Of a stretch of DNA of 24,000 nucleotides, positions 8,841 through 16,368 are shown piece by piece. Numbering within the stretch: position 1 is the stretch's first letter; every line of letters starts with the position of its first letter. This DNA comes from Candidatus Hodarchaeum mangrovi (GTDB lineage Archaea; Asgardarchaeota; Heimdallarchaeia; Hodarchaeales; Hodarchaeaceae). The notes beneath the pieces are model-generated. The model had not been told where the DNA came from. It worked only from the letters and a program-made list of their open reading frames with translations, and did not search any database. The translations under genes and the position numbers were made by a program. The stretch is from assembly GCA_016839515.1 (NCBI GenBank), contig JAEOUE010000207.1, forward strand, positions 61,148 to 85,147, written 5' to 3'.

Positions 8841-9360
8841 TTAAATTGTTAAATCCATTGTGATTGTAATAGTTTAAGTTATGGCTAGAAGAAGGATTAT
8901 TTTTCACATAATCATCTATTTTTAATACTTGAATGATACCAAAATTATGAAAATTACAAATTTATATAACCTCAAAAAAAAGACACCAAACCTAAGCCAT
9001 TTTAAAATCGTTAATTATTTCCTAAAAATAATTAAGTCACTAAACTCTATAAAAGATCGTAGATTATATGGTTCAACAAATAAAATATCGAAGAAAAAGG
9101 TAATAATTACCTTTCTGGGCATGTGTAACTCTCTTACTACCTCTCAATTGTCTTTAACCAAATTAGGTTTCTTTCTGTATGATTTAAATAATGTCCCAAT
9201 AGTCGCTTCTACTGGGTTCTAGTTGGTTTTGACACTTAGAACCTGTTTTAAATTCCTGCATTAGAACCAATAATCTTTTGTAATATTGATTATAGGTTCT
9301 TTATCTATATAAATAAGTTGAAGGTCAAGATCCCACGTATAAATAAAGGATGAATAGTAT

Positions 9361-9888
9361 ATGGCTAATATTTCGGAAAAAAAACCCGATTCTGAAAAAT
9401 ATCGATTACTCAATATTCGAAAAAACCTTAGACAAAAAATACCATCTTTTCGAAGAATCGAATCTTGGCGCTTAAAAAGGATTAAAAAAAGTTGGAGACG
9501 ACCACGTGGGATTGATTCAAAGGCCCGTGAGAAGAAAAAAGGATGGCCTATAATTCCAATGGCTGGTTTCCGCAGTCCTAAAGAAATACGATATAAAACG
9601 CGTTCTGGGAAGGAAGAAATATTGGTTTTCTCGGCTGCAGACCTTTCATTGATAGATCCAACTTCTCAAGTTGTAAGAATTGCTTCTAATATTGGACAAA
9701 GGAAGAAGGAACGTATCATAATGGAAGCAGAGTTGCAGAATGTCCGGATTATAAACCCAGTAGTTGCAAAGGTTAAAGTAGATTTAGGCGATCTTGAAAC
9801 CGAGTTAGATCTAGATGAAGAGCTTCTGGAAGATATATCAATCGATGATCTAGAATTAGATGAAGATAACAAGGGTGAAGAAGAATGA
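9361..9888 (+). CDS. rpl32e: 50S ribosomal protein eL32 with an acidic C-terminal tail
   Basis: PSFRRIESWRLKRIKKSWRRPRGIDSKAREKKKGWP is the L32e signature. The last ~40 aa are D/E/L-rich. Confidence 0.9.
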   Translation: MANISEKKPDSEKYRLLNIRKNLRQKIPSFRRIESWRLKRIKKSWRRPRGIDSKAREKKKGWPIIPMAGFRSPKEIRYKTRSGKEEILVFSAADLSLIDPTSQVVRIASNIGQRKKERIIMEAELQNVRIINPVVAKVKVDLGDLETELDLDEELLEDISIDDLELDEDNKGEEE

Positions 9889-10352
9889 ATTTAACCCCTC
9901 AGAAAAAAATAGCAGCAAGGATTTTGAATGTGGGTATAAATAGAGTTTGGATAAATCCGGAAGTCGAGGAAGATCTTTCACTTGCACTTACTCGTGCTGA
10001 TGTAAGGAAACTAATAGATGACGGAGTAATTCGGAAAAAACCAACTATTGGTGTTTCCCGAGGAAGATCAAAAATTTTAAAGGTCCAAAAACAGAGAGGA
10101 CAACGACGCGGACATGGAAGCAGAAAAGGAAAATTAGGGGGTAGACAACCAGGTAAAGAACTCTGGATGAATAAGATTAGAAGCCAAAGACGTTATTTAC
10201 AGGGCTTAAGAGATAATGATCTTATTCAACCCTCTCAATACCGAATGTTTTATTCTAAAGTTAAAGGGAACTCTTATCGTAATGTAGCTCATCTAAAAAA
10301 TACGATTGAAGATTTGGGAATAATTAAAAAACCAAAAAAGAAAAGGAGATAA
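9885..10352 (+). CDS. rpl19e: 50S ribosomal protein eL19
   Basis: MNLTPQKKIAARILNVGINRVWINPE and a basic middle region (RGHGSRKGKLGGR) are present. ATGA overlap with rpl32e. Confidence 0.92.
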   Translation: MNLTPQKKIAARILNVGINRVWINPEVEEDLSLALTRADVRKLIDDGVIRKKPTIGVSRGRSKILKVQKQRGQRRGHGSRKGKLGGRQPGKELWMNKIRSQRRYLQGLRDNDLIQPSQYRMFYSKVKGNSYRNVAHLKNTIEDLGIIKKPKKKRR

Positions 10353-10356
10353 GAAC

Positions 10357-10935
10357 ATGGCAAGAAATGCAAGGTATAGAGTACCCTATCGACGAAGAAG
10401 AGAAGGGAAAACTAACTATCATTTGCGATTAAGACTAGTTAAAAGTGCAACAACAAGAGCTGTTGTAAGGGTTTCAAATTCCCATAGCTTAGTGCAATTT
10501 GTTGATGCACATATTAATGGGGATCAGACACGTTGTGCTGCTCATACACGAGAATTAAAAAAATTTAATTGGTCTGTTGCCACTTCAAATATCCCAAGTG
10601 CTTATCTGGTAGGATATCTAGCAGGAAAAAAAGCATTAAAAAAAGGAATTTCAAACGCAATACTGGATATAGGAATTAATCCTCCTATCTATGGTTCTCG
10701 AGTTTTTGCAGTGTTAAAAGGAATAGTAGATGCAGGAATTGAAATACCACACTCAGATAAAATATTTCCTTCAAAAGAACGATTAAATGGAGAACATATA
10801 GCTGAATATGCAAAAAAGATCAAAGGAGAAGATGAGAATTTATATAAGCAGTATTATTCTGGTTATATAAATCAAAATATCAATCCAGTAGATTTACCAA
10901 AATTATTTGAAAAAACCAAGAATCAAATAACTTAG
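10357..10935 (+). CDS. rpl18: 50S ribosomal protein uL18 (L5e)
   Basis: ARYRVPYRRRREGKTNYHLRLRLV N-terminus, in the conserved operon position. Confidence 0.92.
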   Translation: MARNARYRVPYRRRREGKTNYHLRLRLVKSATTRAVVRVSNSHSLVQFVDAHINGDQTRCAAHTRELKKFNWSVATSNIPSAYLVGYLAGKKALKKGISNAILDIGINPPIYGSRVFAVLKGIVDAGIEIPHSDKIFPSKERLNGEHIAEYAKKIKGEDENLYKQYYSGYINQNINPVDLPKLFEKTKNQIT

Positions 10936-10975
10936 AGGAATAAGAAATTATCAATTATAGGATTGTGATTATTTT

Positions 10976-11644
10976 ATGAGTAGAAGCAGAGGTAGAGATC
11001 GAGACCAAGAAATGGGAGCTCCAAGTTTTGATCTTGAATCATGGATCCCAAGAACTGAAGTAGGTCAAATGGTTAAAGATGGTACAATAACTTCAATATA
11101 TGACATTTTCAGAGATAGTTTCAAAATTGATGATGTCGCTATCGTTGATCTTCTGGTTCCAAACCTGACTGAAACAGTATTAGATGTAGGCCGTGTTCAA
11201 CGTCAAACAGATGCTGGTCGAAAAACCTTATTCATTGCAACGGCCGGTGTTGGGAATAAAAATGGAATAGTTGGTGTGGCTCAAGCTAAAGCAGCTGGTG
11301 TAGGAACAGCAATTCGAAATGCGATAATTCTTTCAAAGTTGAATATTATCCCCGTAAAAAGAGGGTGTGGAAGCTGGGAATGTACATGTAGTAATCCCCA
11401 CTCAATACCGTTTGAGGTGGAAGGAAAAGTGGGTAGTGTTAAAGTTATTCTAAAGCCTGCACCAAAAGGATTAGGATTAGTTATTGGTGACGTTGCTAAA
11501 AGTGTTCTTGAATTAGCAGGGGTCTCAGATATTTGGAGTAATACTTTCGGAGATACCAGAACAACACAAAACTTTTGTAAAGCAACGTTTGAAGCCTTAC
11601 GAGCAACATATAGCATTTCTCATTCGTCAGAATGGGGTGAATAG
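10976..11644 (+). CDS. rps5: 30S ribosomal protein uS5
   Basis: RVQRQTDAGRKTLFIATAGVGNKNGIVGVAQAKA and GLGLVIGDVAKSVLELAGV are present. Confidence 0.92.
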   Translation: MSRSRGRDRDQEMGAPSFDLESWIPRTEVGQMVKDGTITSIYDIFRDSFKIDDVAIVDLLVPNLTETVLDVGRVQRQTDAGRKTLFIATAGVGNKNGIVGVAQAKAAGVGTAIRNAIILSKLNIIPVKRGCGSWECTCSNPHSIPFEVEGKVGSVKVILKPAPKGLGLVIGDVAKSVLELAGVSDIWSNTFGDTRTTQNFCKATFEALRATYSISHSSEWGE

Positions 11645-11645
11645 G

Positions 11646-12143
11646 ATGGGACAAGAGACAATTAATCCAACAAATAGAATTGCAGTTATTCGAGTAAGAG
11701 GTACTGTTGATCGTAGTTATTCTATCAAAAAAACTCTTAATCTGCTTCGCTTGAACCGGACAAATCACTGTACAATAATTGATGATCGTGTAACCTTTAA
11801 AGGGATGCTTCAAAAAGCAAAAGATACATTAACCTGGGGTGAAATTGATTCTGAGACATTTAAGACTTTATTACTAAAAAGAGGGCAAGTTGAAGGAGGA
11901 GGACGATTAACTGATGAATATATTAAAGCTAATTCAAAATTTAAAAATATGGATGACTTTATCAAAAGCTTTCTTACTTTTAAAGCTGACATAAAAGATA
12001 TAAAAGGACTTAAACCAGTATTTCGGTTACATCCGCCTAGGAAGGGGTATAACATTAGAGGCGTAAAAAAACCTTATACTCTTGGTGGAGCACTAGGCTA
12101 TAGAGGAAAAGAAATTAATAAATTAATTGATAAAATGGCATAA
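11646..12143 (+). CDS. rpl30: 50S ribosomal protein uL30
   Basis: IAVIRVRGTVDRSYSIKKTLNLLRLNRTNHCTIID is present. I prefer ATG 11646, right after the rps5 stop, over the track start at 11589, which overlaps rps5. Confidence 0.9.
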   Translation: MGQETINPTNRIAVIRVRGTVDRSYSIKKTLNLLRLNRTNHCTIIDDRVTFKGMLQKAKDTLTWGEIDSETFKTLLLKRGQVEGGGRLTDEYIKANSKFKNMDDFIKSFLTFKADIKDIKGLKPVFRLHPPRKGYNIRGVKKPYTLGGALGYRGKEINKLIDKMA

Positions 12144-12153
12144 AGTGAAAAGA

Positions 12154-12600
12154 ATGACAGTTAGAAGACCGAAAAAAGTACGTAAACAAAGAGGGAGTAG
12201 AACCCATGGATACGGACGAATTTCAGGTGGCCATCGAAAAAGTGGACAACGAGGAGGAAAAGGGGGAGCAGGAATTAAAGACCATAAACGTATTACCCGA
12301 ATAAAAGCCTTAATCGATAGTCAAAAAGGCTTTACAGCTCCAAATCCAAACTTAACCACTCGAGCTATAAATATTGGAGATATTAACAGGCAAATTGAAA
12401 AACTGGTTACCAACGGTATGGCAACCAAAGAAGGAAAAGGATTTAAAATAAACTTAACAGAACATGGCATAACAAAGGTCATGGGAAAGGGACTAGTAAC
12501 AAACGCCCTTCAAATCACTGTTGAAAACATAACTACAAAAGCACGAGAAAAAATTGAAACAGCTGGGGGAAAAGTAATCTTAACCTCAGAAGATAGCTAA
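12154..12600 (+). CDS. rpl15: 50S ribosomal protein uL15
   Basis: RKQRGSRTHGYGRISGGHRKSGQRGGKGGAG is present. The start is ATG 12154 or GTG 12145; the track start at 12127 overlaps rpl30. Confidence 0.9.
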   Translation: MTVRRPKKVRKQRGSRTHGYGRISGGHRKSGQRGGKGGAGIKDHKRITRIKALIDSQKGFTAPNPNLTTRAINIGDINRQIEKLVTNGMATKEGKGFKINLTEHGITKVMGKGLVTNALQITVENITTKAREKIETAGGKVILTSEDS

Positions 12601-12659
12601 TCCGAGACCTATTAGGTAGTTAGACAAAATCAGAAGAAGAAAATCGAGAATGAAAAAAT

Positions 12660-12733
12660 GGGCCGGTGGTCTAGCCCGGTATGACGGCTCCCTGACACGG
12701 AGCAGGTCGGCAGTTCGAATCTGCTCCGGCCCA
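12660..12733 (+). tRNA. tRNA-Val (GAC)
   Basis: Hand-folded cloverleaf. The acceptor stem is GGGCCGG/CCGGCCC and the anticodon stem is GCTCC/GGAGC. The anticodon loop is CT-GAC-AC and the T-arm is GGCAG-TTCGAAT-CTGCT. The discriminator is A. Confidence 0.9.
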
Positions 12734-12883
12734 CTTACTTTTTGGTAAAATTCCAAATAGAGGAAGGGAATATTCGTAGAGATTAAATTAATATCAAAAA
12801 AGTGAACTTAGAGTAAACTTTATAAGCTCAAACAGGTTATTTCATGGACTGGGAGTTAAAAACCAGAATAGAAAGATAGAATA

Positions 12884-13267
12884 ATGACAGGAACCCTTCT
12901 GAAGAAAATTGATTGCGTTATGTATTGTGTAAAAGATTTGGAGAAGGCAATACAGTTTTATACAGAGGTTTTCGGTCTGAAAATAGGATGGAAGGATAAA
13001 GAAGAAGAAATAGTGGGTTTAATTCTACCTGAAACGGATGCAGAAATAGTCCTTCATAAGGATACAACTCTACCAACGCCTGCCATTAGCTTCCATGTAG
13101 AGAATGTAGAAAAATTTTGTAGATACTATCAAAAAGCAGGGTATAATATCCTTTTAGAGCCTATTGAGGTCAGATGTGGAAAATATGCCGAGCTCCAGGA
13201 CCCCGAAGGAAATACAATCCCTATTATCGATTTGACCAAATTTGGTGGAAAACCCCAGTCCGATTAG
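12884..13267 (+). CDS. VOC / glyoxalase-bleomycin resistance family protein
   Basis: 127 aa. The N-terminal IDCVMYCVKDLEKAIQFYTEVFGLK is the typical beta-alpha-beta-beta-beta module. C-terminal ELQDPEGNTIPI is also typical. Confidence 0.75.
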   Translation: MTGTLLKKIDCVMYCVKDLEKAIQFYTEVFGLKIGWKDKEEEIVGLILPETDAEIVLHKDTTLPTPAISFHVENVEKFCRYYQKAGYNILLEPIEVRCGKYAELQDPEGNTIPIIDLTKFGGKPQSD

Positions 13268-13467
13268 AAGTGGTTTACATCGATGAGCTATGACCACAAT
13301 ACGCTAAGAGTGCATCTGTTGATGATCGCTAATATGATGGTACAAGACTTTGATCTCCCCTCAAAGGACGAGTACTCCCAAACACCTAATAGCCGTTCCC
13401 AAATGAAAGGAGAAGACTAAAATTGGACATTTGGTCAAAAAGATTGGGTGAAATCCTATTAAAACAG

Positions 13468-13550
13468 CGTCGGGAGGGGGATTTGAACCCCCGAGCTCGC
13501 AGAGCACTAACTTAGCAGGCTAGCTCCATACCAGGCTTGGATATCCCGAC
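13468..13550 (-). tRNA. tRNA-Ser (GCU), long variable arm
   Basis: The minus strand folds with acceptor GTCGGGA/TCCCGAC and D-arm TCCA/TGGA. The anticodon stem is CTAGC/GTTAG with loop CT-GCT-AA. The variable arm is GCTC-TGC-GAGC and the T-arm is GGGGG-TTCAAAT-CCCCC. Confidence 0.9.
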
Positions 13551-13641
13551 TGGTTGTTATGTTGGCTGTGGTTCTGTTTGTTGCTTCATGTAAAGTGTTT
13601 TATATTTCGTTTTTTTTCTTTTTTTCTGAGTGTGTGCTTCT

Positions 13642-14118
13642 ATGGTCTTCTCTAATTTATTTATGCTTTTGCATAATTCGCATAGTCGTAGTTTTGTGCG
13701 GTTATTTGCGGATACTTGTATTGCCTTGCAGTGTAAGACTGTGCTTTTTAGTAAGATTACGGCTTCTGCTGCTTCTATTGGTATTCCTGAGGCGCAAAAG
13801 CATGTGTTGAAGTATGACGGGAATTTATTATTTTTTACGGATCTTGAAGATGTTCTTACCACTCTTCAACCAAATACTGTCTTTTTGGTGGTTGCTCAGA
13901 AATATGCTAAGGAACCTGTTCCTTTTCCCGATATTCATACCGCTCTTAACGTAGGTAAGGTGTTAGTGATTGTTGGTGGCTCTAGTCCTGGGTTAACCCG
14001 AAAGGAGCTGGATCTTGGTCATTGTATTTTTCTCCCAAGTGTTTTGTACGATCTCAATCCCATTGCTCAAACCGCGTTGTTTCTTGGAGGTTTACTTGCT
14101 TCCCGTCCTGATGTCTGA
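13642..14118 (+). CDS. Hypothetical protein, possibly alpha/beta-knot (SPOUT-like) fold
   Basis: C-terminal VLVIVGGSSPGLTRKELDLGHCIFLPSVLYDLNPIAQTALFL resembles the SpoU/TrmH knot region (G..GL..e.l...d..v.IP....sLN). N-terminal LLHNSHS...ASAASIGIPEA resembles small archaeal SpoU-like proteins as I remember them. Start is ATG 13642 or GTG 13630. Coding-strand T exceeds A, unlike neighbouring genes. Confidence 0.35.
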   Translation: MVFSNLFMLLHNSHSRSFVRLFADTCIALQCKTVLFSKITASAASIGIPEAQKHVLKYDGNLLFFTDLEDVLTTLQPNTVFLVVAQKYAKEPVPFPDIHTALNVGKVLVIVGGSSPGLTRKELDLGHCIFLPSVLYDLNPIAQTALFLGGLLASRPDV

Positions 14119-14124
14119 AGTGAG

Positions 14125-14130
14125 TTTTTT
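14125..14130 (+). terminator. Oligo-T tract after the SPOUT-like ORF
   Basis: TTTTTT lies 7 nt after the TGA. Archaeal terminators are oligo-T runs. Confidence 0.3.
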
Positions 14131-14186
14131 GCATTTTACTCTCTTCTATGCCTCTAGAGGAGCTATCTAAGATTTTTGTTGTTGTT

Positions 14187-14711
14187 TCAAGCTTGTGGAG
14201 GGGTAAGCTTCGCTAGAATCTTGGAGTGAAATAACATCCCATACCCTGTTATGAGGAGTAATAGTATCACTACCAGTAATCCATTCTGTGGAAAGACAAT
14301 GACATAGATAATCAAGGTTACATCAATGATGACTCCAAGTATCCAATGAAAGGGTGTTGGGGCAAGGCCATTGTAGAATATGATAAAGGCTATCGTTGCT
14401 ACAGTTGACGAAAGGATTATCAATGGGGGAAGATATTCATTCAAAGCTATAAGATCTAGAACCCCTAATCCACTTCCAACAAATAAGATCATGATTAGAA
14501 TCCAAGTCATTATTCCGATATAAGAGAGAAGTGGGGGTGGTATTACTTTATCTAAGAGCCATGATCGTCGAGCCCATCCTGTATATACCTTAGTTTTTTC
14601 ATCATAATTGTAAATTAAGAAGATTAAGTGGATTAACCCATGAAAAATTAGGAACCAGCCTAAAAATATTTGCTCTAATCCTGTTATCTCTAATATATTC
14701 ATTTTTTTCAC
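14187..14711 (-). CDS. Integral membrane protein, unknown function (~5 TM)
   Basis: 174 aa dominated by long hydrophobic stretches (FLGWFLIFHGLIHLIFLIY, IGIMTWILIMILFVGSGLGVL, and others). Confidence 0.6.
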   Translation of the reverse strand: MKKMNILEITGLEQIFLGWFLIFHGLIHLIFLIYNYDEKTKVYTGWARRSWLLDKVIPPPLLSYIGIMTWILIMILFVGSGLGVLDLIALNEYLPPLIILSSTVATIAFIIFYNGLAPTPFHWILGVIIDVTLIIYVIVFPQNGLLVVILLLLITGYGMLFHSKILAKLTPPQA

Positions 14712-15041
14712 TCCATACGACAGTGTTGGTCTTTATGATTTATCTTTTTATAATTGTTATCATAAATAAAAATACATAAGGAATAAAGCATAAAACTTCT
14801 TACCTTATGTGATTAAAATCTATTTTACTTTCCTAATATCTTTTCTTTTACCCAATGAAGGTATAGAACTCAAATCTTTACCAAAAGGGGTTAATAGAAT
14901 ACTCTATGATAAAAAATAAGATAATTTGTAATATATAGGTAAACCAGAAGGAATATTTCTCAGATATTGAACTGTCTACCTATTCAATACTTTTTTGTCT
15001 TAAAGAGCTTAATCCTTTTGTAGGCTACTTTGATTCTTGAG

Positions 15042-16010
15042 ATGAGTTATGAGTCTATAATGTTGCTCCTCGATCTTTTCTGTGGTTGTGGTGGGTTTAC
15101 TCAAGGTTTTCGTCAGGTTAGTAATGCATTTTCTATTGTATTAGGGGTGGATCAAGATTCTTATGCCCTTAATGCATATCAGATGAATTTTCCCCGAACT
15201 AAGACATTAGAATGTGATATTCGATCCCTACATAGTTTAGAGCTGTTAGAGCAATTGAACCATCAGTATCCTGATATAATCCTTGCCAGTCCTCCGTGTG
15301 AAGCGTTTTCGGGAGCCAATCCAAAGCGTTTGTCTAGAGGTTATAATCAATTATTCGAGGATGAGCGGGGTCGACTGGTGCTTGATGCTATTCGACTGAT
15401 TATTGATTTAGAACCGCGGGTGTTTCTTATAGAAAATGTGTCTCAGCTTGCCTCTTCTACTCTCCAAGCACTTATTCGTTATGAATTCAGACATTCTCCC
15501 TATCCTGTGATCTATTTTAATCGCCTAGAAGCAGTGAATCATGGTGTACCCAGTTTTCGTAAACGTGTGTTTATTTCCAATGTTCCATTTAATTCAACCC
15601 AAGAAACGCCTATAGTGACAGTGAGGGATGCATTCACGGATTTTCCTGACCCTTTAGATGATTTATATCAAGAAACAATCCCCATTCCCTTCAAAATGGC
15701 TAAAAAACTCATTAAACTCCACCCTGGAGGTGCTTTGGTCTATTTTAAGGGAAGTCGAAATTCCACGTTACGTAATTTCATTCGTCTTGACTGGGAACAC
15801 CCCAGTCCCACTGTTATGGGAAAAAGCCGCTTTATTCATCCTTCTGAGTCTCGATTTTGTACTATTCGCGAACATGCTCGTTTAATGAGTTTTCCTGATT
15901 CTTTTCACTTTTCAGGTCCCATTGAGCAGCAATACAACCAAATTGGTGAGAGTGTTCCTCCTACCTTAAGTTCCTTCCTTGCTAAGCAAATATTAAAAGA
16001 AAGTTTATGA
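15042..16010 (+). CDS. DNA (cytosine-5)-methyltransferase family protein, orphan (no nuclease partner seen)
   Basis: Motif I is DLFCGCGGFTQGF, IV is SPPCEAFS, VI is FLIENV and VIII-like is HGVPSFRKRVFI. Motif IX is TIREHARLMSFPDSF and X is QIGESVPP. The start may be TTG 15030, ATG 15042 or ATG 15060. Confidence 0.85.
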   Translation: MSYESIMLLLDLFCGCGGFTQGFRQVSNAFSIVLGVDQDSYALNAYQMNFPRTKTLECDIRSLHSLELLEQLNHQYPDIILASPPCEAFSGANPKRLSRGYNQLFEDERGRLVLDAIRLIIDLEPRVFLIENVSQLASSTLQALIRYEFRHSPYPVIYFNRLEAVNHGVPSFRKRVFISNVPFNSTQETPIVTVRDAFTDFPDPLDDLYQETIPIPFKMAKKLIKLHPGGALVYFKGSRNSTLRNFIRLDWEHPSPTVMGKSRFIHPSESRFCTIREHARLMSFPDSFHFSGPIEQQYNQIGESVPPTLSSFLAKQILKESL

Positions 16011-16062
16011 AGTGAAGTCTAAATGGGTTATCCTGCATAGAAAGTCGTTTCTAGGGGTGTTA

Positions 16063-16350
16063 ATGTCGCAAATTAAAATTCTCAGAAGAGAAGAATCATT
16101 ACTCGAATTTGAAATAGAAGGAGAAGACCATAGTTTTCTAAACCTCCTACGTGAAGTCCTCAAAGATCAAGCTGGTGTTTTATTTACAGCTTATAGGTTT
16201 CCCCATCCTTTATTGGAAAATCCAATTTTTTATCTAAGAACATCAGAAATCGTTCCAATCGAAGCCTTAGGTGTTGCGTCCAAATCTATCATTCAAATGT
16301 GTGATGAACTAACGGAAATTATTCACTCCACGGTTAAAGGTAACTTTTAA
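16063..16350 (+). CDS. rpoL: DNA-directed RNA polymerase subunit L (Rpo11)
   Basis: EGEDHSFLNLLREVL...VLFTAYRFPHPLLENPIFYLRT is the RpoL/Rpb11 signature. I prefer ATG 16063, preceded by GGGGTG, over the track start at 16012. Confidence 0.85.
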   Translation: MSQIKILRREESLLEFEIEGEDHSFLNLLREVLKDQAGVLFTAYRFPHPLLENPIFYLRTSEIVPIEALGVASKSIIQMCDELTEIIHSTVKGNF

Positions 16351-16368
16351 CGGAAACTTGGGTTAACA

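Noticed and set aside
8929-9222. 97-aa ORF in the nurA / rpl32e divergent intergenic region
   Set aside because: It has a low-complexity K/N/I-rich composition simply mirroring AT-rich DNA. It has no motif and no SD or TATA in a sensible position. It overlaps a likely promoter and operator region, so it is probably spurious.
13283-13420. 45-codon ORF (MSYDHNTLRVHLLMIANMMVQDF...) and TGATGA/TGATGG motifs between the VOC gene and tRNA-Ser
   Set aside because: The ORF has no recognisable motif or ribosome-binding signal. The two UGAUGA-like boxes are only 9 nt apart with no CUGA partner, so this is not a C/D sRNA. It may be a gene remnant, but I cannot support that.
12660-13550. Integrated mobile element or genomic island targeting tRNA-Val or tRNA-Ser
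   Set aside because: There is no integrase, transposase or excisionase ORF anywhere nearby. I found no duplicated tRNA 3'-end fragment acting as an att-like direct repeat. The content between and beyond the tRNAs is mostly core genes.
13557-13862. Overlapping ORFs 13557-13862 (-) and 13559-13810 (+) next to tRNA-Ser
   Set aside because: They are open only because the segment is extremely A-poor and T-rich, so stops are rare. The peptides are low complexity (poly-F/L/C, or K-rich on the antisense strand). Only the 13642-14118 frame has any recognisable domain-like sequence.
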